Assembly: GCF_006345805.1 (NCBI RefSeq)
Contig: NC_043000.1
Location: forward strand, 19,840,001-19,904,000
Reading direction: 5' to 3'
Length of the DNA: 64,000 nucleotides
Source: Octopus sinensis
Lineage: Eukaryota
Each line of letters starts with the position of its first letter. The stretch's first letter is position 1. A program made the position numbers and the translations under genes. The notes under the pieces were generated by a model. The model was not told the origin of the DNA. It saw only the letters and a program-made list of their open reading frames with translations, and ran no database searches. Below, piece by piece: positions 26,130 through 39,758 of this stretch.

Positions 26130-26344
26130 TTTCTAATCTAAGTACAAGGCCCACACTTTCAAAGAGAGCAGATTAATCAATACCATCAATCCCTTTACTT
26201 GACTGGTTCTATATTTTATCAACCCCTGAGAAATAAAGACAAAGTTGACCTCAGATGTATTTGAACTCAGAACATTAAGAGCTGGAAGAAATATCACAAG
26301 ACACTTTTACCAGTGTTCTATCAATTCTGCTGGCTCTCTACCTT
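26130..26344 (-). mobile_element. Old tRNA-SINE ((TTA)n-tailed family), minus strand
   Basis: Diverged reverse complement of the 26372 copy. Confidence 0.75.
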
Positions 26345-26371
26345 AAAAGATTTTAGGTATGACAAAAATAG

Positions 26372-26602
26372 AAGGCGGTGAGCTGGCAGAATCGTTAGCA
26401 TGCCGGGCAAAATGCGTAACCGTATTTCATGTGCCGTTACGTTCTGAGTTCAAATTCCGCCGAGGTCGACTTTGCCTTTCATCCTTTCAGGGTCAATAAA
26501 TTAAGTACCAGTTACGCACTGGGGTCGATATAATCGACTTAATCCACTTGTCTGTCCTTGTTTGTCCTCTCTGTGTTTAGCCCATTGTGGGTAGTAAAGA
26601 AA
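26372..26602 (+). mobile_element. Young tRNA-SINE with 17-bp TSD
   Basis: aaggcggtgagctggcagaatcgttag...gttctgagttcaaattcc...cctttcatcctttcagggtcaataaattaagtacc. TSD taggtatgacaaaaata at 26354-26370 and 26603-26619. Confidence 0.92.
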
Positions 26603-27699
26603 TAGGTATGACAAAAATATTTTTATTAACAAATTTAAAAGATTTATTACAAAAACTGCAATTTAATGCTTTATAAAAAACTTTACGCATGGCAAAAATA
26701 TTTTTATAAACCTATTTAAAAGATTTATTACAAAAACTGTAAACAGTTTGGACACAGATGTAAACATTCAAGTTACATAAAGAGAGTGAAAATGTGAGGA
26801 GAAAGTCGGTTGATATATGAGTAGGCCATTCTACTTTAATTGGTGATGTTATTTCCTCCCAGGTCATCTCAGATCAAGCATAACTATGAACAAAGCATTC
26901 CAACAGATCATTCTGTCTTTTATTCAGACATAGATTATTTAAGATTATATTATCCATTCAGCTCTTTCTTTTTTATGAGGGCGGGATGCAATTTAATCTT
27001 TTTCACTTCAGAAATCAAATATATGCACTCAAAATTTCATCACCCTTACTTGCAGAAAGTAGTTTTATATGCCAGTCTATCTTTTGTTGAGAAATGTCAT
27101 GATTGGAACTAATTGCTGTTGAGATATGTCAAGTTCACTGAGGCTATACGACTTGCAGAAAATACCAATTCTATTTTTTGACAGACATTTAACATCATTA
27201 CTGGAATAACCACAAAATTTAATTTCACAAATAAAGGGTTACAGGAGATTAGTGAAACGACTATTTCGATGCTCTCTCTTTATTACTTTGTTTGTTGTTT
27301 AGCTCCAAGTCAACCCTGAGCAAGAGGATCTAGATCCAACAGTCCAATTGTGATCAATCATTTTATTGTGTCTAAGATTACATTATACAATGTTTTTTTT
27401 TGTTTTTTTTTCCTTTTTGTGTTTTTAAGATGGTGGGGTAAGTTTAAAGTATATTTGGCTGCTATTTCTAGTAGACTGGGCAATTACATAAACTCTCTCT
27501 CTCTCTCTCCTGCTAATCAACAATGTTGATGTGGCTGAGACTGAATGTCAATTTAAAAACAAAGGTCAAAGTGATTAAAGGTCACCTCCTACTTGCATTG
27601 CCTTCATATCACAGCACAAAATAATAATTATATGTCTATTCTGATAAGATCAAACTATATTGAAAAGAAGGCTATAGAGGAGAATTAATAAATATTATT

Positions 27700-28300
27700 A
27701 TCAGGAATTTGGTATAAGTGAATCCAAAGATACAGTCTTCAGTGATATAACAACACTGCTGAAGCTTTTGAGAAGGTAGTTTTAATTTTATTTATTTTTA
27801 CAGAAAGCAACATCAATAAGGTTCACATCCTTTGCATTCTGGTTGGGATGATGGAGTAACGTAAGAATATGTCTGGAATATGTTACATAAATACAATAAC
27901 ATCAACCTCATTGACAAAGCCATTAAGAACTATTCAAAATGAAAGCAGAACAGACAAAACCAATGCCCTCCTTAATCCATGATTAGGGAGGGTATTGGTT
28001 GTGTCTGTTTATTTATATTTAAATGTTCTCTAAATCAATCCAATTGAGATTTCTCCCCCAGTTTCCGAAATATTAAGCTGAGGAGAGAGATAAATCTCCT
28101 TCTGGATAAACAGTTCAAAAATGAAATAAATTGGCTTGCTGCTTGTTGTGAAGAAGATGGAAAAGTTTAATGTTTCAAGAACTCCTTAGGCCACTGGTAT
28201 ATCACAGGTATCTTTCTCAATAAGAGGAATGGAACTGTCATAGTGGTGTCTACTTATAGCTATATAGCCTCAGTTATTAGGATTCAAGTACCTTCGCATA
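27700..28300 (+). mobile_element. Possible very old Penelope-like remnant
   Basis: A short in-frame stretch NINLIDKAIKNY resembles the PLE RT C-terminus. The rest is degraded. Confidence 0.3.
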
Positions 28301-29857
28301 TATAGATGTATAGCGCTACTACTAAGAGAATACGAATGAGGCTTTCTACTAGTTTTCTAGTATCGAATCATTTTAGGCATCCATACTCTCACATTCATAA
28401 AAAGAGACATATCGCAAATACATAAAATATTTAAAAGCAGCAACAGCATTAAAGAAACAACAAAACAAAATTAAACAAAAACCGGGCAGAATAATACATG
28501 AAAGAGTGAAACAAAGGCTTAATTCTGTCTATGTGCCTATGTGTATATGTGCATGTATGTATATATGCACGCGTGTGTGGGGTGTGCAAAAATCAATTTA
28601 GAACAAAGTTTTGATTCACAGTGTGATGTGGAATGTCAACATAACCTATTCAATAAGAAGCCAGATTACAGAAACAATGAAGTAGATCCAGTTGTGCTGG
28701 CTTATACTTTAGTTATCTCTTTGGTGAAGGGTAGTGGATAATTGGCTAGGAAGAAATAATGTTACTGAAATATTAATTTCTATCTTTGTCACAAGGTCAC
28801 AAACTTGTGGGGGTAATAGTGGTAGTTGAGTGAATCAACTCCAGTATATTATGGGTGCTTATTTATCAACCAAGGATGGGTGTGTGGGTGGCAAATAACA
28901 GACAACGATCAACCCAGACAGCAGGATTTGAACTGAAAAACGGTGCCAACCATAGCCACACCAATTGACTGGAATAATGCAACTAAGTACCTTGAGGCAT
29001 TTAGTCACTTACTCTATAGTTCCTATCACTTAGACTGTTACTTAAGTTGACATACAGTGGAATTGTTGTATCTACATCATACAGCACCAATTGTTAAGCA
29101 TTATGTTTCTGCATTTAAGTTGTTAAAAAGTTAATCATTTTAGGACCAGCACTAAATCCCAATTCTTTAGACCTACAAGTGAGATATCTCCTTCCTAGAT
29201 TTAAACCAGTCCATAAGTATCTTTCCAAGAAAACCAAGCAATTCTTTAGGCATACAAAGGTGATATAGAATTTAGTGTCCTCTGGACAATAAAAATACCT
29301 ACAGTAGATTTAAACTCAGCAGATATTAGTCCATAAATAAGTAGGTTCAGTAATTTATCACTTTAGTGATATATCCTTTAATCCACCTTTGAAGTTACAC
29401 CTTTAATTACTATATTTCAATACTCGAGTTGTTTATTTGTAGGAATCAACTACTTGAATTTGATATTACCACTAACCACTAAACTGTGAAGTAGGGAAAT
29501 TGGAATAAACAAGTGTCATGCTCAGATGGAAAACAAAATAGCTGGAGTAATAAGGTGTGAACTTATGGAGATATAGTCAATAGTTCAGCACCTTAACCTC
29601 ACAATTAATGGGGCCTCAAATATAATCAAAAGAAGAATTAGGTACATATATGAAGAGGGAGGTTAGTCAACTGTAATAATGTGGGCCACGGAAGAAATGT
29701 TGAACTCTAAGAATGAGTTACTAGGAAGACAGTTCAAGTTAAAACAGTGGAATAAGAAATAGAAAGAAAATAATGATAATAATAGTAGTAATGATGATGA
29801 TGACGATGATGATGATGATGATGATAATTCAGCAGGAAAAGTGAAGAGATTACATAC

Positions 29858-29955
29858 CATGAAAGCTACTTGGTAAGATAGTGGAAATATGGCAGAAGTT
29901 TCCTGTACGCAGGATTCAGCTTCTGTTGTTCGGTCTAAACTGAGATAAAGTTCAG
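29858..29955 (-). CDS. TTC7: TTC7 coding exon
   Basis: ccatttgcag|(A)ELYLSLDRTTEAESCVQETSAIFPLSYQVAFM|gtatgt. TPR helix pair resembling TTC7B EATACTQEAANLFPMSHNVLYM. 98 nt, phase 1 to 0. Confidence 0.95.
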
Positions 29956-32358
29956 CTGCAAATGGAAGAAACAAATTAATGCATTACATAACATCATCAC
30001 CATCAACAGTTTAACATATTTGTACCTGTTGCAAACTGAATCAATTGGAGGTAAATTATTTCATCTGTCTATTTATTATTTGTTAATTATAGTTTATTTT
30101 TGGTTTTTAATTGTCATAATTTTTTTGATTGTTCTTTTTTACCTAGTTTCTTTTTTCATATTTTAATCAGTCAGGTAAGACAGTAACCATGACCTTTGTA
30201 GATTTACCCAGATGGTAGAGATTGATGTTGAGCTTGAACTTCTACAGATTTTTATTCTTCTTAATAAGTTAATCAGATAAGGCAGTTTAATGCCCATGAC
30301 CTTTGCTGACCTCTCTAGATTGGTGAAACTGATGTGGCCAATACTCAACTAAAACACTGGCAGTTCAATGTAGGCAAAGAGAATATCAACAAGCATGTGC
30401 AGGTACCTAAAACAATATGCAAAAGCATGGTAGATGCTACTAAGTTATACTTACTACCAAGTGACAGCTAAGGATTTACTTGGAGTCAGGATAATATAAA
30501 TAAATCCAGTTGAACTAAATGAGTGATAAAACAATTCAATTTCCAAATTCATAGAGGCATAAAAGATATCATGTGAGAGGCTACTGACCAGAAAATCACA
30601 AGATCAAATATTCTAAAGCAATTAGACATTCAGTTCCATGTAGCTAACCCAAGAACTAATTCTACTTTACAGGTGGGGGATTAGTAGAAAGATTATCTAA
30701 CAACAATATGTGCACGAATTCCAATATGTGTATGAGTTCAAATAAAGATGATATTTATATTTTCAAAAAGCTCTCCTACCCTTCATACTATTATGGGCAA
30801 ACAGATACAAAATTAGTCGAAGAAATAATAATTTAACTCTTAAGCTTTATTAGCAGAAGCTAGTCAATCATAATAACATCACATTAACTGATAGTGTGTA
30901 AGTTTATTACGTGTGACATAAAGTAAACATAGCTACAGGCCTATACCTAAAGGTTTCATCCAATAACCTGCAATATAGTAATATCACCATCTTTAAACCA
31001 CCTTTACTCAGTTATTTCACATTCTCAGTTTAAGGAGGCCCATGAAAACTCTGGCCACTTCATTTCTTTCTCAAAATATAAAAATAAAAATGATAAAAAC
31101 AAGAAAATAGAAGAAAAAAATATGCAAGATGTTATTATATTTATTTCACATTATACTGGTCCCCATAGGCGGTGGTGGTTATACAAATACATCGGTTGAC
31201 TAAACAATAATAAGGGCTTGTCTTTTACTTGAAGGTAGTGAAGATTACAGTAGAGAGCAAATAGAGAAATAACCTCACTTGATATTTTAGCTTTAATAAG
31301 TCCTAACTATGAACTAAGAAGCATTAATGATAGATAAGACAAAACACCAAGACCTTTGTAACATGACATGAGTGAAAACAAAGAGCATGACAAACAGTAG
31401 ATGACATTCAAATTGTACAACTCTAGTTTCCTCACCGCAAGCAGATAATTCAAATTGTACAATAAACTTCTAATTGTAAAAAAAGTGCATGGCAATTGTT
31501 AATGACTGAAAAAAAAACTTTCTTGAAACATATCTTCTAAGATAGTTAATTTGAATCCTGTCCACCCAAGTATGATAAAGATAAAGATAATGTCTACAGT
31601 CATCATAGCTTGAGTGTACCTGAAGCACAGTCAGGTCTGACAAAAATCCGCTCTCTCAACAGCATGGTAATTCATTGGTATAACAGATAAATGTCTCTTT
31701 TAAAGATAATCAACTAGCTATCAGTAGCGGTGGAACTGTGTCACTGATAGTAACCTACTGAAAGCTCTTCCTGTGTTTTTAGTCATCAGACAGCTGGCCT
31801 TTTGGGTATTATCAGTGGTATAAAGCTATGTCCCCCTGTAGAGGGGGAAGGGCCAAGTGAAGAAATATTAGATTACCTTCTCATGGAACATGCAATCAAA
31901 TTTTCCTGTTGGTTTTTACATTGTATTTCAAAAAGATCACTTTATACTACATTGTTCTAGTTTCATTCTAGCTGTTGGGAGTGAATACTAACAGTAGACT
32001 GGCATCCTCTCTGGGGAGAGATTTATATCTCCTTTACAAAATATCATAAAAACACAGTTATGCACTGATCCTTAAAAGCCTTCATGTCTTAGGAAGCTTT
32101 TATATCTCGTGTAACTGCTTGAAGGGCGGAAAACAAGGTGTGATAATGGAAGGTACCTGTGGAAGAGGACAAGCAAAGGAAACATAGGAAGCATTAACAG
32201 GATCAAATCACACAATCTGTTGGCTCTCAAAGACAAGATGACAAAGAAAGAGACAAATGACAATATCTACACAACTGACTGATCAAGCAGACTCAGTCAA
32301 TCATAGAAAAAATAAGCACAGTTCATGACAGCGATGATGATCACTATGACTGTGGCTG

Positions 32359-32561
32359 TGTTATATCGCACGTTCGGATGGCGTACCTTCACCAATAACG
32401 TACCTCTACTCAACTACCGAACTCTCACTTCCAACAACTCGACGTCTAGTCTACCGACGGCTCCAGCTCGCTCTACACAACGCTTCTATGACTAGCTTTC
32501 ACATCCATTATTTATATGTATTGGACTAGCCTACTTATCGTCTGGGGGCATCCACACAACA
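32359..32561 (-). mobile_element. 3' LTR of a Ty3/Gypsy element (203 bp, TG...CA)
   Basis: Minus strand: PPT aaaagtgggagg (32562-32573) directly followed by TGTTGTGTGG...ATATAACA. Contains a TATAAATA motif and retains many CpGs. Confidence 0.82.
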
Positions 32562-33549
32562 CCTCCCACTTTTGAGAGCTTTTTCTAAACCTGAATTTAT
32601 CAATTTTATTTCTTTGGTGAGAAACTAGCATATCTTTTTCTCTTAGCGTTAATTTCCATCATTTCTGTAGGTTTTCTCTTCCTGTTTGACCTACATGTCG
32701 GTTCTGCTTCTGCTTGTGGTTCTGGGACCTTGAACAGATCATACCATATATCCATTGGTTCTTCTCGCTTCTCTTGATTTTTGGTACATCTTTTTTTAAT
32801 TGGTTTATATGCCTTCTGTATTCATATTTTGGTCCTTTTACCATGTACATCACGTTACTCAGTTATACTTCCTTGTTCCCAGTCCTGTTTTCCGTTTCTA
32901 TATATTTTAAAATACACTTCATCACCCGTGTTAAAAAATTTCATTCTTCTTCCCGAATTTTCTATTCTCTGTTTCCTACTCAGCAACAATTTATCAAAAA
33001 TAGGACGCATTTTTCTGGAAAACATCAAATTTGCGGATGACTTACCCGACTCTGCATTTGGATTCAGTGTTATTCAATACACCTGCAAAAACTTTGTCAT
33101 TCCCATCTGGTCTTTCTTAAAGCTCTCTTGAATGTGTCAACGAATCTTTCTGCTAACACATTTGACCTTGGATGGTATAGCAGAGTTAACACATGCTTCA
33201 TTTGAACCGACTTACAGAATCTTTTGAACACCTTCACCGTAAATTGTGTACCATTATCTGACACGATTGTATCTGGCACCCCATAATGAGCGAATAATTC
33301 TTCCAAGAAGTCAATCATCACACTTGTGGTTGGCCTTGAACATTTACATACTTCAGGCCATTTGGAATAGCTATCCACTATGATGATATAATGAGAGCCA
33401 TTTATTGGGCCTGTGAAATCCACATGCAGTCTAGACCATGCCGAATCCATTTTTGGCCACGGTTGAATCTGCACTGGGGGTGCCTTTGCTGCCATAGCAC
33501 AACCCCAACACTGTTTTACCAGTTTTTCTTTAAATTTAAACATTCCCAC
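32562..33549 (-). mobile_element. Ty3/Gypsy integrase and downstream pol remnant
   Basis: ORF 33097-33549: WSRLHVDFTGP...IVDSYSKWPEV...GVPDTIVSDNGTQF...YHPRSNVLAERFVDTFKRAL (D,D35E core). Cut at its 5' side by a SINE at about 33555. Confidence 0.93.
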
Positions 33550-33554
33550 CGAAT

Positions 33555-33687
33555 GTTAAACTGTGACTACAAAAGAATGAAAGATAAAGTCAACTTCGGT
33601 GGAATTTGAACTCAGGGCATAAAGACAGATGAAATGCCACTAAGCATTATACCCAGTGCACTTACAATTCTGCCAACTTGCTGCCTC

Positions 33688-33723
<36 letters not shown>

Positions 33724-33960
33724 CCTTTTTACTATAGGCACAAGGTATGAAATTCTGGGGGAGGGGACTAGTCGATTACATCAACCCCAGCATGTAACTG
33801 GTATTTATTTTATCGACCTCCCAAAAGGATGAAAGGTAAAGTTGACCTTGGTAGAATTTGAACTCAGAACGTAAAGATGGATGAAATGCTGCTAAGCATC
33901 TTGCCTGGCATGCTAATGATTCTGCCAGCTTACTGCCTTAATAATAATAATAATAATAAC
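33555..33960 (-). mobile_element. Two tandem tRNA-SINEs separated and flanked by (AAT)n
   Basis: SINE 33555-33687, (AAT)n 33688-33723, SINE 33723-33939, (AAT)n 33940-33960. Confidence 0.88.
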
Positions 33961-34519
33961 AAAAATAATAATAGTTTCTAACATAAACACAAGGCTGTAA
34001 ATTTAATAGCACACAATAATTGATTCACTCAAGTCCATTAGGTGAGAGAGGTACTTATTTTATCAACTCAAGAAGGATTTGAACTCAATATGTAAAAGAA
34101 TTTAACAAGATACTGCAAGACACTTAGTCCAACACTCCACAATGATAACATCAACACCAACATCATCAACAACAACAACAACAATAACAGTAGTAGCTGT
34201 TGTTGTTGAAAATATTCAGCTGCATCGGTATATTCTAAAGTGCAATCTATTGACGTATACTGAACTGACAAAAAAAAAAGAAAAAATTCCAATAAATCAA
34301 CTGTTTGTTTCTAGGCTAAAACTATTTTCTTCTTCCTCTTCTGCTTCCTCCTCCTCCTCCTCCTCTTGATCGCCACCACCATCACCGTTGTGTTTGTTTA
34401 TTCTATGCTAAGACATCACATCTCAGTGAGTAAAACAAAACAAAAGGGTGCCTCTTGCAATCAATCAATGTTTGCCTAATTGTATTAATAATCAGCCACC
34501 ACTGATACCACAATGCTTA

Positions 34520-34795
34520 CCCTTCAACAGTTCTTGGGATAAAGCAAGAGAGTAGTGGCAGTGGCGGTGGTGGTGGGGAGGAGGAGGATGAGGAGAAGGA
34601 AAAGGAGAAGGAGAAGAAGAAGAAGAAGAAGAAGAAGAAGAAGAAGAAGAAGAAGAAGAAGAGAAGAAACATGAAGATGAAGAAACATGAAGATGAAGAA
34701 AGACAAAGAAAATGAAGAAGGAGAAAAGACAAGAAAAAAGATGAAGAAGGTAAAATCAAGACCAACAACAAGAAATATAAAAAAAAAAGAAAACA
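34520..34795. repeat. Polypurine tract with (GAA)n core
   Basis: (GGA)n/(GAA)n, with about 13 contiguous GAA units near 34612-34660. Confidence 0.95.
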
Positions 34796-35520
34796 TAAGT
34801 CTGTATAAAACTAATCTTGATTGAATTCATTTTGCCATAACAAAACAAACAGTTCGATAGTTTCTACTGCATGGAGCTATTGTGTAAGAATGCCAGAACC
34901 ATGGAGTGTAGATCTTGTAAGAGGAGAGAACAAGAGGGGTAATAAAAGAAAATGTTCCAAGGCCAAAAACAAAGCAGAAATATCAGTTATTTGTCAGAGA
35001 GACAAGCCAGACTTGATTGCATCAGTATTAATAGAGAAAATGCAATTATAGAGCATTGAAACAGCCAATATGAGGACTGAATAGACAAGTCAGACTGGTG
35101 AAAGAAGCTAGTTAGTAGAGAACTGGGAAGTACTTCTCAACATCCCAGCATTTGTTTTGTATTCACACTGGCAAATAACATGATGTTGTCTGACTTGATG
35201 TTATTTTAGAGGACAATAGAAATGGTGAAGCTGAGGTAGCGGTGGTTGCAGTGGTTGTGAAGATTGGGTGGGATATAAACAAGTGAATGAATAAATATAT
35301 ATAAATAAAATAGAAAAGAAAGGTGGAGGGGGAGAGGGGGGAGCAAAGGAAGTGGAGTGTGAAGGTTGGAGGTTTGGGGTAGTGACTGAAGTAAGTATTG
35401 AAAGAGCGGTGGGGTGTATTTAAAAAGGAAGCAACATTGATGAAACAATTTGTCAGAAATGACATTATCCAAACCAAAGAGCTATAGAGATTTTTCAAAC
35501 ATTTCATTGTATGGAAATAA

Positions 35521-35521
<1 letters not shown>

Positions 35522-35598
<77 letters not shown>
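35522..35598. repeat. (CT)n microsatellite
   Basis: About 38 contiguous CT units. Confidence 0.98.
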
Positions 35599-35601
<3 letters not shown>

Positions 35602-36366
35602 CACTTTCTCTTTCTTTCCATTTAATTCAATTGAAGAAAAGAGCAAACAGCAGTTGCTGAACAGTTCTATAGCTTGCCGTATTTAACTACAAAAGAACCC
35701 AGATGCATGCTAACATGTATTCTAAAGAATCGATATATTATATAATGGAGACTGACATCACTTTCTTATAATGGATTCATTCTGGTCAAGGTTGTTATGA
35801 TTCTGGTGAAACCTCTGAAACACTTTTACACATTCAAATATACCAACACTATTATTCACCTAATACTCATTCAACTATAATGTCTTTCTTTTTCCTCATC
35901 TACATATATTATTAACCAGATTATCCTAGTAACATTTGAAGCCTTCGTCTACAGTTCTATAATTTATACAAATTTGAGATACTGAATATTATCCCTCTCA
36001 CTGTAAAATTAAATTTCATGGTTATTCCAGTAATGAAGTTATAAAATCTACCAAAAAATAGAATTGGTATTTTCTGAAAGTCACACTGCCTCAATGAATG
36101 TGACATATATCAACAACAAAAAGTTTCAAACATGACATTCTTCAACAAAGATAGATTGGTATATAAAACCGCTTTCCACTGTTAAGGGTAATGAAATTTT
36201 GACTGGATACATCTGATATCTGCAGTAAAAGAGTTAATTACATTTCCCATTGTGACATTTTAGAATGTCAGCAAATTACTTCTTTCTTAGGACGTTACAA
36301 AATACAGAAACTTTTTTTTGTCAACCACCTAGAAAGTTTGAAAATCATTGACGCTTCTTGCTTTTA

Positions 36367-36915
36367 TCATCATCCATCATCATCCAGTGTTTTAAATCCA
36401 GGTTTTATCCCCATTAACAGAGGTGGCCAGATCTACCTCAATGCCATAGCAACAGCCCTCACAACATCTCGCCATCTTGTCTTGTTTTGGGCATCCTCTT
36501 TCCTCAAGCCAACCCGCCCAATCTCCTCCTCTACCTGTCCCCTCCACTTTTTCCTCTGTCTACCTCGCTTTCATGGTCCATTTACCTCAAACTCAAGTAC
36601 CCTCCTCAGAACATGCTCCTCATCCCTCCTCAACACATGCCCATACCACTGCACTCCATTCACCCTTGCCAACCGTTCCACAAATTCCTCCAACCCCAGT
36701 AACCCCATCAATTCCTCAGTCCTCCTTTTATCAAACAGCCTCACACCACACATTTCTCTCACCATTACTCTCTTGGTCCTTCTCAAAATTGCCATCACTC
36801 TTTCCCTCAAAATTGACATCTCTCTCTCCCATACAGCATTGCAGCTCTCACGCAACTCCTATAGACCCTTCCTTTCATCTTCAATGAGAACCTTTTCCCA
36901 TATAACAATGCTCCA
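36367..36915 (-). mobile_element. 5'-truncated RTE LINE (third family) with (GAT)n tail
   Basis: ORF 36571-36855: MVREMCGVRLFDKRRTEELM...VQWYGHVLRRDEEHVLRRVLEFEVNG. Tail at 36367-36384. Confidence 0.88.
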
Positions 36916-37059
36916 CATTCCCTTTATCATGCAAACTAACATAACAACTATAATGTTTTAGTCATTGCCAGTACTATCAATTTTCTTTAAAAAATACCAC
37001 AAAAGAGCACACAATATCCTTAAGCAAGAAAAAGTCCAAGGTAAGACATTAAACTCCAT

Positions 37060-37520
37060 CTAGTGGAGAGGTTCCATCTAGGAAGTTTAGGAGTTTGGGG
37101 GAGAACAGAATTACTCCTTAGTCCTTTCTACTTCCGAGTCCACTCTGTCCCAGTGTAGTGGTATTTGTCAAGAGCCCTGGTTATGAGCTGCATAGCGAAA
37201 GATGTTCCTGTGGTTAAAGCATATAGGACACACATGAAGGTTGCTCCCTACTCTCCAACATGTGTCACACAGGCCCAGTGGGAGATAAGCAGAGTAAGCT
37301 GTAAATAAACCAGCAGAAGGAAACAGGAAACCACTGCTATATCTTTCTCAAGAAAAACCATGAACTTCCAGACTTTGGCATTAAGGCCCATGACTCCTGA
37401 CACCTGTAAGCATGGCACCTGAAGAGGGAGAATCAGGAAAATGGTTACCTGCTAATACAAGGGGTGAAGTAATGTTAAGGAACTAGACAACAAATCATGA
37501 GTTTAACCCATGCTACAAAA
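37060..37520 (+). mobile_element. Probable RTE 5'UTR fragment
   Basis: Contains aaaccactgctatatctttctcaagaaaacc, resembling a motif in RTE/BovB-type 5'UTRs. No ORF follows. Confidence 0.4.
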
Positions 37521-38045
37521 AAGGGGGTTTTCTCTGTTCTCCCAACCACTAAAAATAGATGCTATTCTCATTTCATAGTTCAACAATTAAGATTCAGCTG
37601 TAAAATGTGAAGCCTTTTCATGGTTGCTTGCCTGCTATGAATAGCAGCTAAATCTTCCTCAAATTAAACCCTACAATCTTCAATAAAAAAAGAATACAAC
37701 TAAAAGTGTAGTTCTACATATATGTAAAAAAATAGGATAGTCCTATCTAGAATGTCTTTGAACATAAATTTTCTTGATCAGGACTGACCTGGGGCTAAAC
37801 AACAACAACAACAACATGGTCTAATCGCTCATGTGAAAATGTCCAAACTATCAAAAGCAATCCTATACAAGCTATCATGGAAAAATGATTGTAAAATTGT
37901 TTTTAAAAAGGCTAAACAATTAGTACATAAGTACTTCTACCACCCATTCTACAACAAATATAACAGGTGTCTCAACATGTACACAGACATTCTACAGCGA
38001 TATTTATCATAAATATGTATAGTATGCTCTCTCTTTCCCTCTCTC

Positions 38046-38076
<31 letters not shown>

Positions 38077-38458
38077 ATGTACACACACACACACAGAGTA
38101 TAACATAATAAACATGACATAATAATGAGTGTGTACATTTTTTGAGACACCCAGTATTTGTGTGTGTATATATATATATATACATATATATGTGTGTGTT
38201 TGAATATACAAGTGTATGTGTAAGAATATAAACATCCTGGAGTTAATTTGATACTCATATATTGTTGCTGTTGATGGTGTTGTTGTTGTTGATCTAAGTG
38301 CTCCAAATTAATAAGTTCCCTGGCTATATACCAAAGCAGGATTTAGCAGTACTATGAAAATATTTGTTTCCCTCCAGAACAAAAACAAAGAAGTTGATTT
38401 TAGCCAGTGATTAAATAATATTAGAAGTGAATTATAAAAAAGATCAGCAGATCAGCAC

Positions 38459-38602
38459 CTAAATGTAACCATATCTGAGCTTGTAGCATCCAAATCTGTT
38501 GAGAACCATGGCGTGGGACGTAGGAACTGTTCATAGAAGAAGCCACTTCAGACAAGGCATGCTCTACACGAGATGCAGCTATTGATTCTGCACGAATTGA
38601 TC
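38459..38602 (-). CDS. TTC7: TTC7 coding exon
   Basis: ttttcacag|(G)SIRAESIAASRVEHALSEVASSMNSSYVPRHGSQQIWMLQAQIWLHL-G|gtgctg. Resembles TTC7B SVAASRVEQALSEVASS...AQIWLHAAE. 144 nt, phase 1 to 1. Confidence 0.96.
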
Positions 38603-39268
38603 CTGTGAAAAGAAATAAACATGTTTCTTTTGATACTGAACAATAAGATCAAATATACAATAAATAATTCAACAGTAAAGGAATAGAATACAAAGAAAGT
38701 TGTGTGGCACAATCTACAATATATGATTTCATTAGTTCTATAGAAGACTATATTTCTTGCCTTGCTTTAAAGCATTTGTACAATGATAAATCCACAGAGA
38801 AAGCATGTACGTCGAACAAACTAGTTATTAAATCCCTGCATGTTCTCTACAGGGGTTATTATCCCAAAATTCTTTTAAAGCAAAGCTAGAAACATAGTCT
38901 TATACAAAACAAAGTGAACAGTATATTAAATAACCCACCACCATTGATGTTATCATCATCATCATTATCAACATCGTTATTATTTACAACTAATATTTAA
39001 AACTGATATCAAGTGAGCTTCAACCAAAAATGGATTCTCTATTTGATCACTTGCTTTGTTAGAAATAGCTTACTATCTTTAAAAAGAAACAATACATTAG
39101 ATAATGCATCATCATAATTTAACACTTGTTGTCCATGCTGACATGGGTTTCCATATATAAATTGTTTGAATAAAAGACATAATGATCTCAGCTGGATTGT
39201 CTTTTATCTTAGATCAACTGGATTAGCCCTGAACTCAGGTTAAACGAGAACTAATATTTCACAGTTTT

Positions 39269-39459
39269 TAGCACACTGGGCAAAAATCCTTAGTAGCATT
39301 TCATCTGTCTTTACATTCTGAGTTCAAGTTCCACTGAGGTCAATTTTGTCTTTCATCCTTTCAGGGTTGATAAAATAAATACCAGTTGAACATTGCAGTT
39401 GATGTAGTCAACTTAATCCCTCCTCCAAAATTGCTGGCATTGTGCTAAAATTTGAAACC
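39269..39459 (+). mobile_element. 5'-truncated tRNA-SINE with 16-bp TSD and no (ATT)n tail
   Basis: TSD aatatttcacagtttt at 39253-39268 and 39460-39475. Confidence 0.88.
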
Positions 39460-39758
39460 AATATTTCACAGTTTTCGATGATCACATATAATATTTATCA
39501 TAGCAACAGCAGCAAAGATTTTTAACTTTGGCACGTAACCACAAATATGCACTGAATGGATTTATTTGATTGCATTGATTCTAGTGTGATACTGATGCTT
39601 ATTTTATTGAAAACAAAGTAACCCCTACTGAAATTAGAATTCAGAATGTAAAGAGACAGAACTAAATAATACAAGGCATTATGCCCAATCTTCCACAATT
39701 TCTGTTGCTCCAATGATCTAATAATAATTCTTTCTAATTCTTTTAGCACAAGGCATAA

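Noticed and set aside
26608-26740. ~50-bp direct duplication right of the young SINE
   Set aside because: It is an ordinary old local tandem duplication of AT-rich sequence with no further structure.
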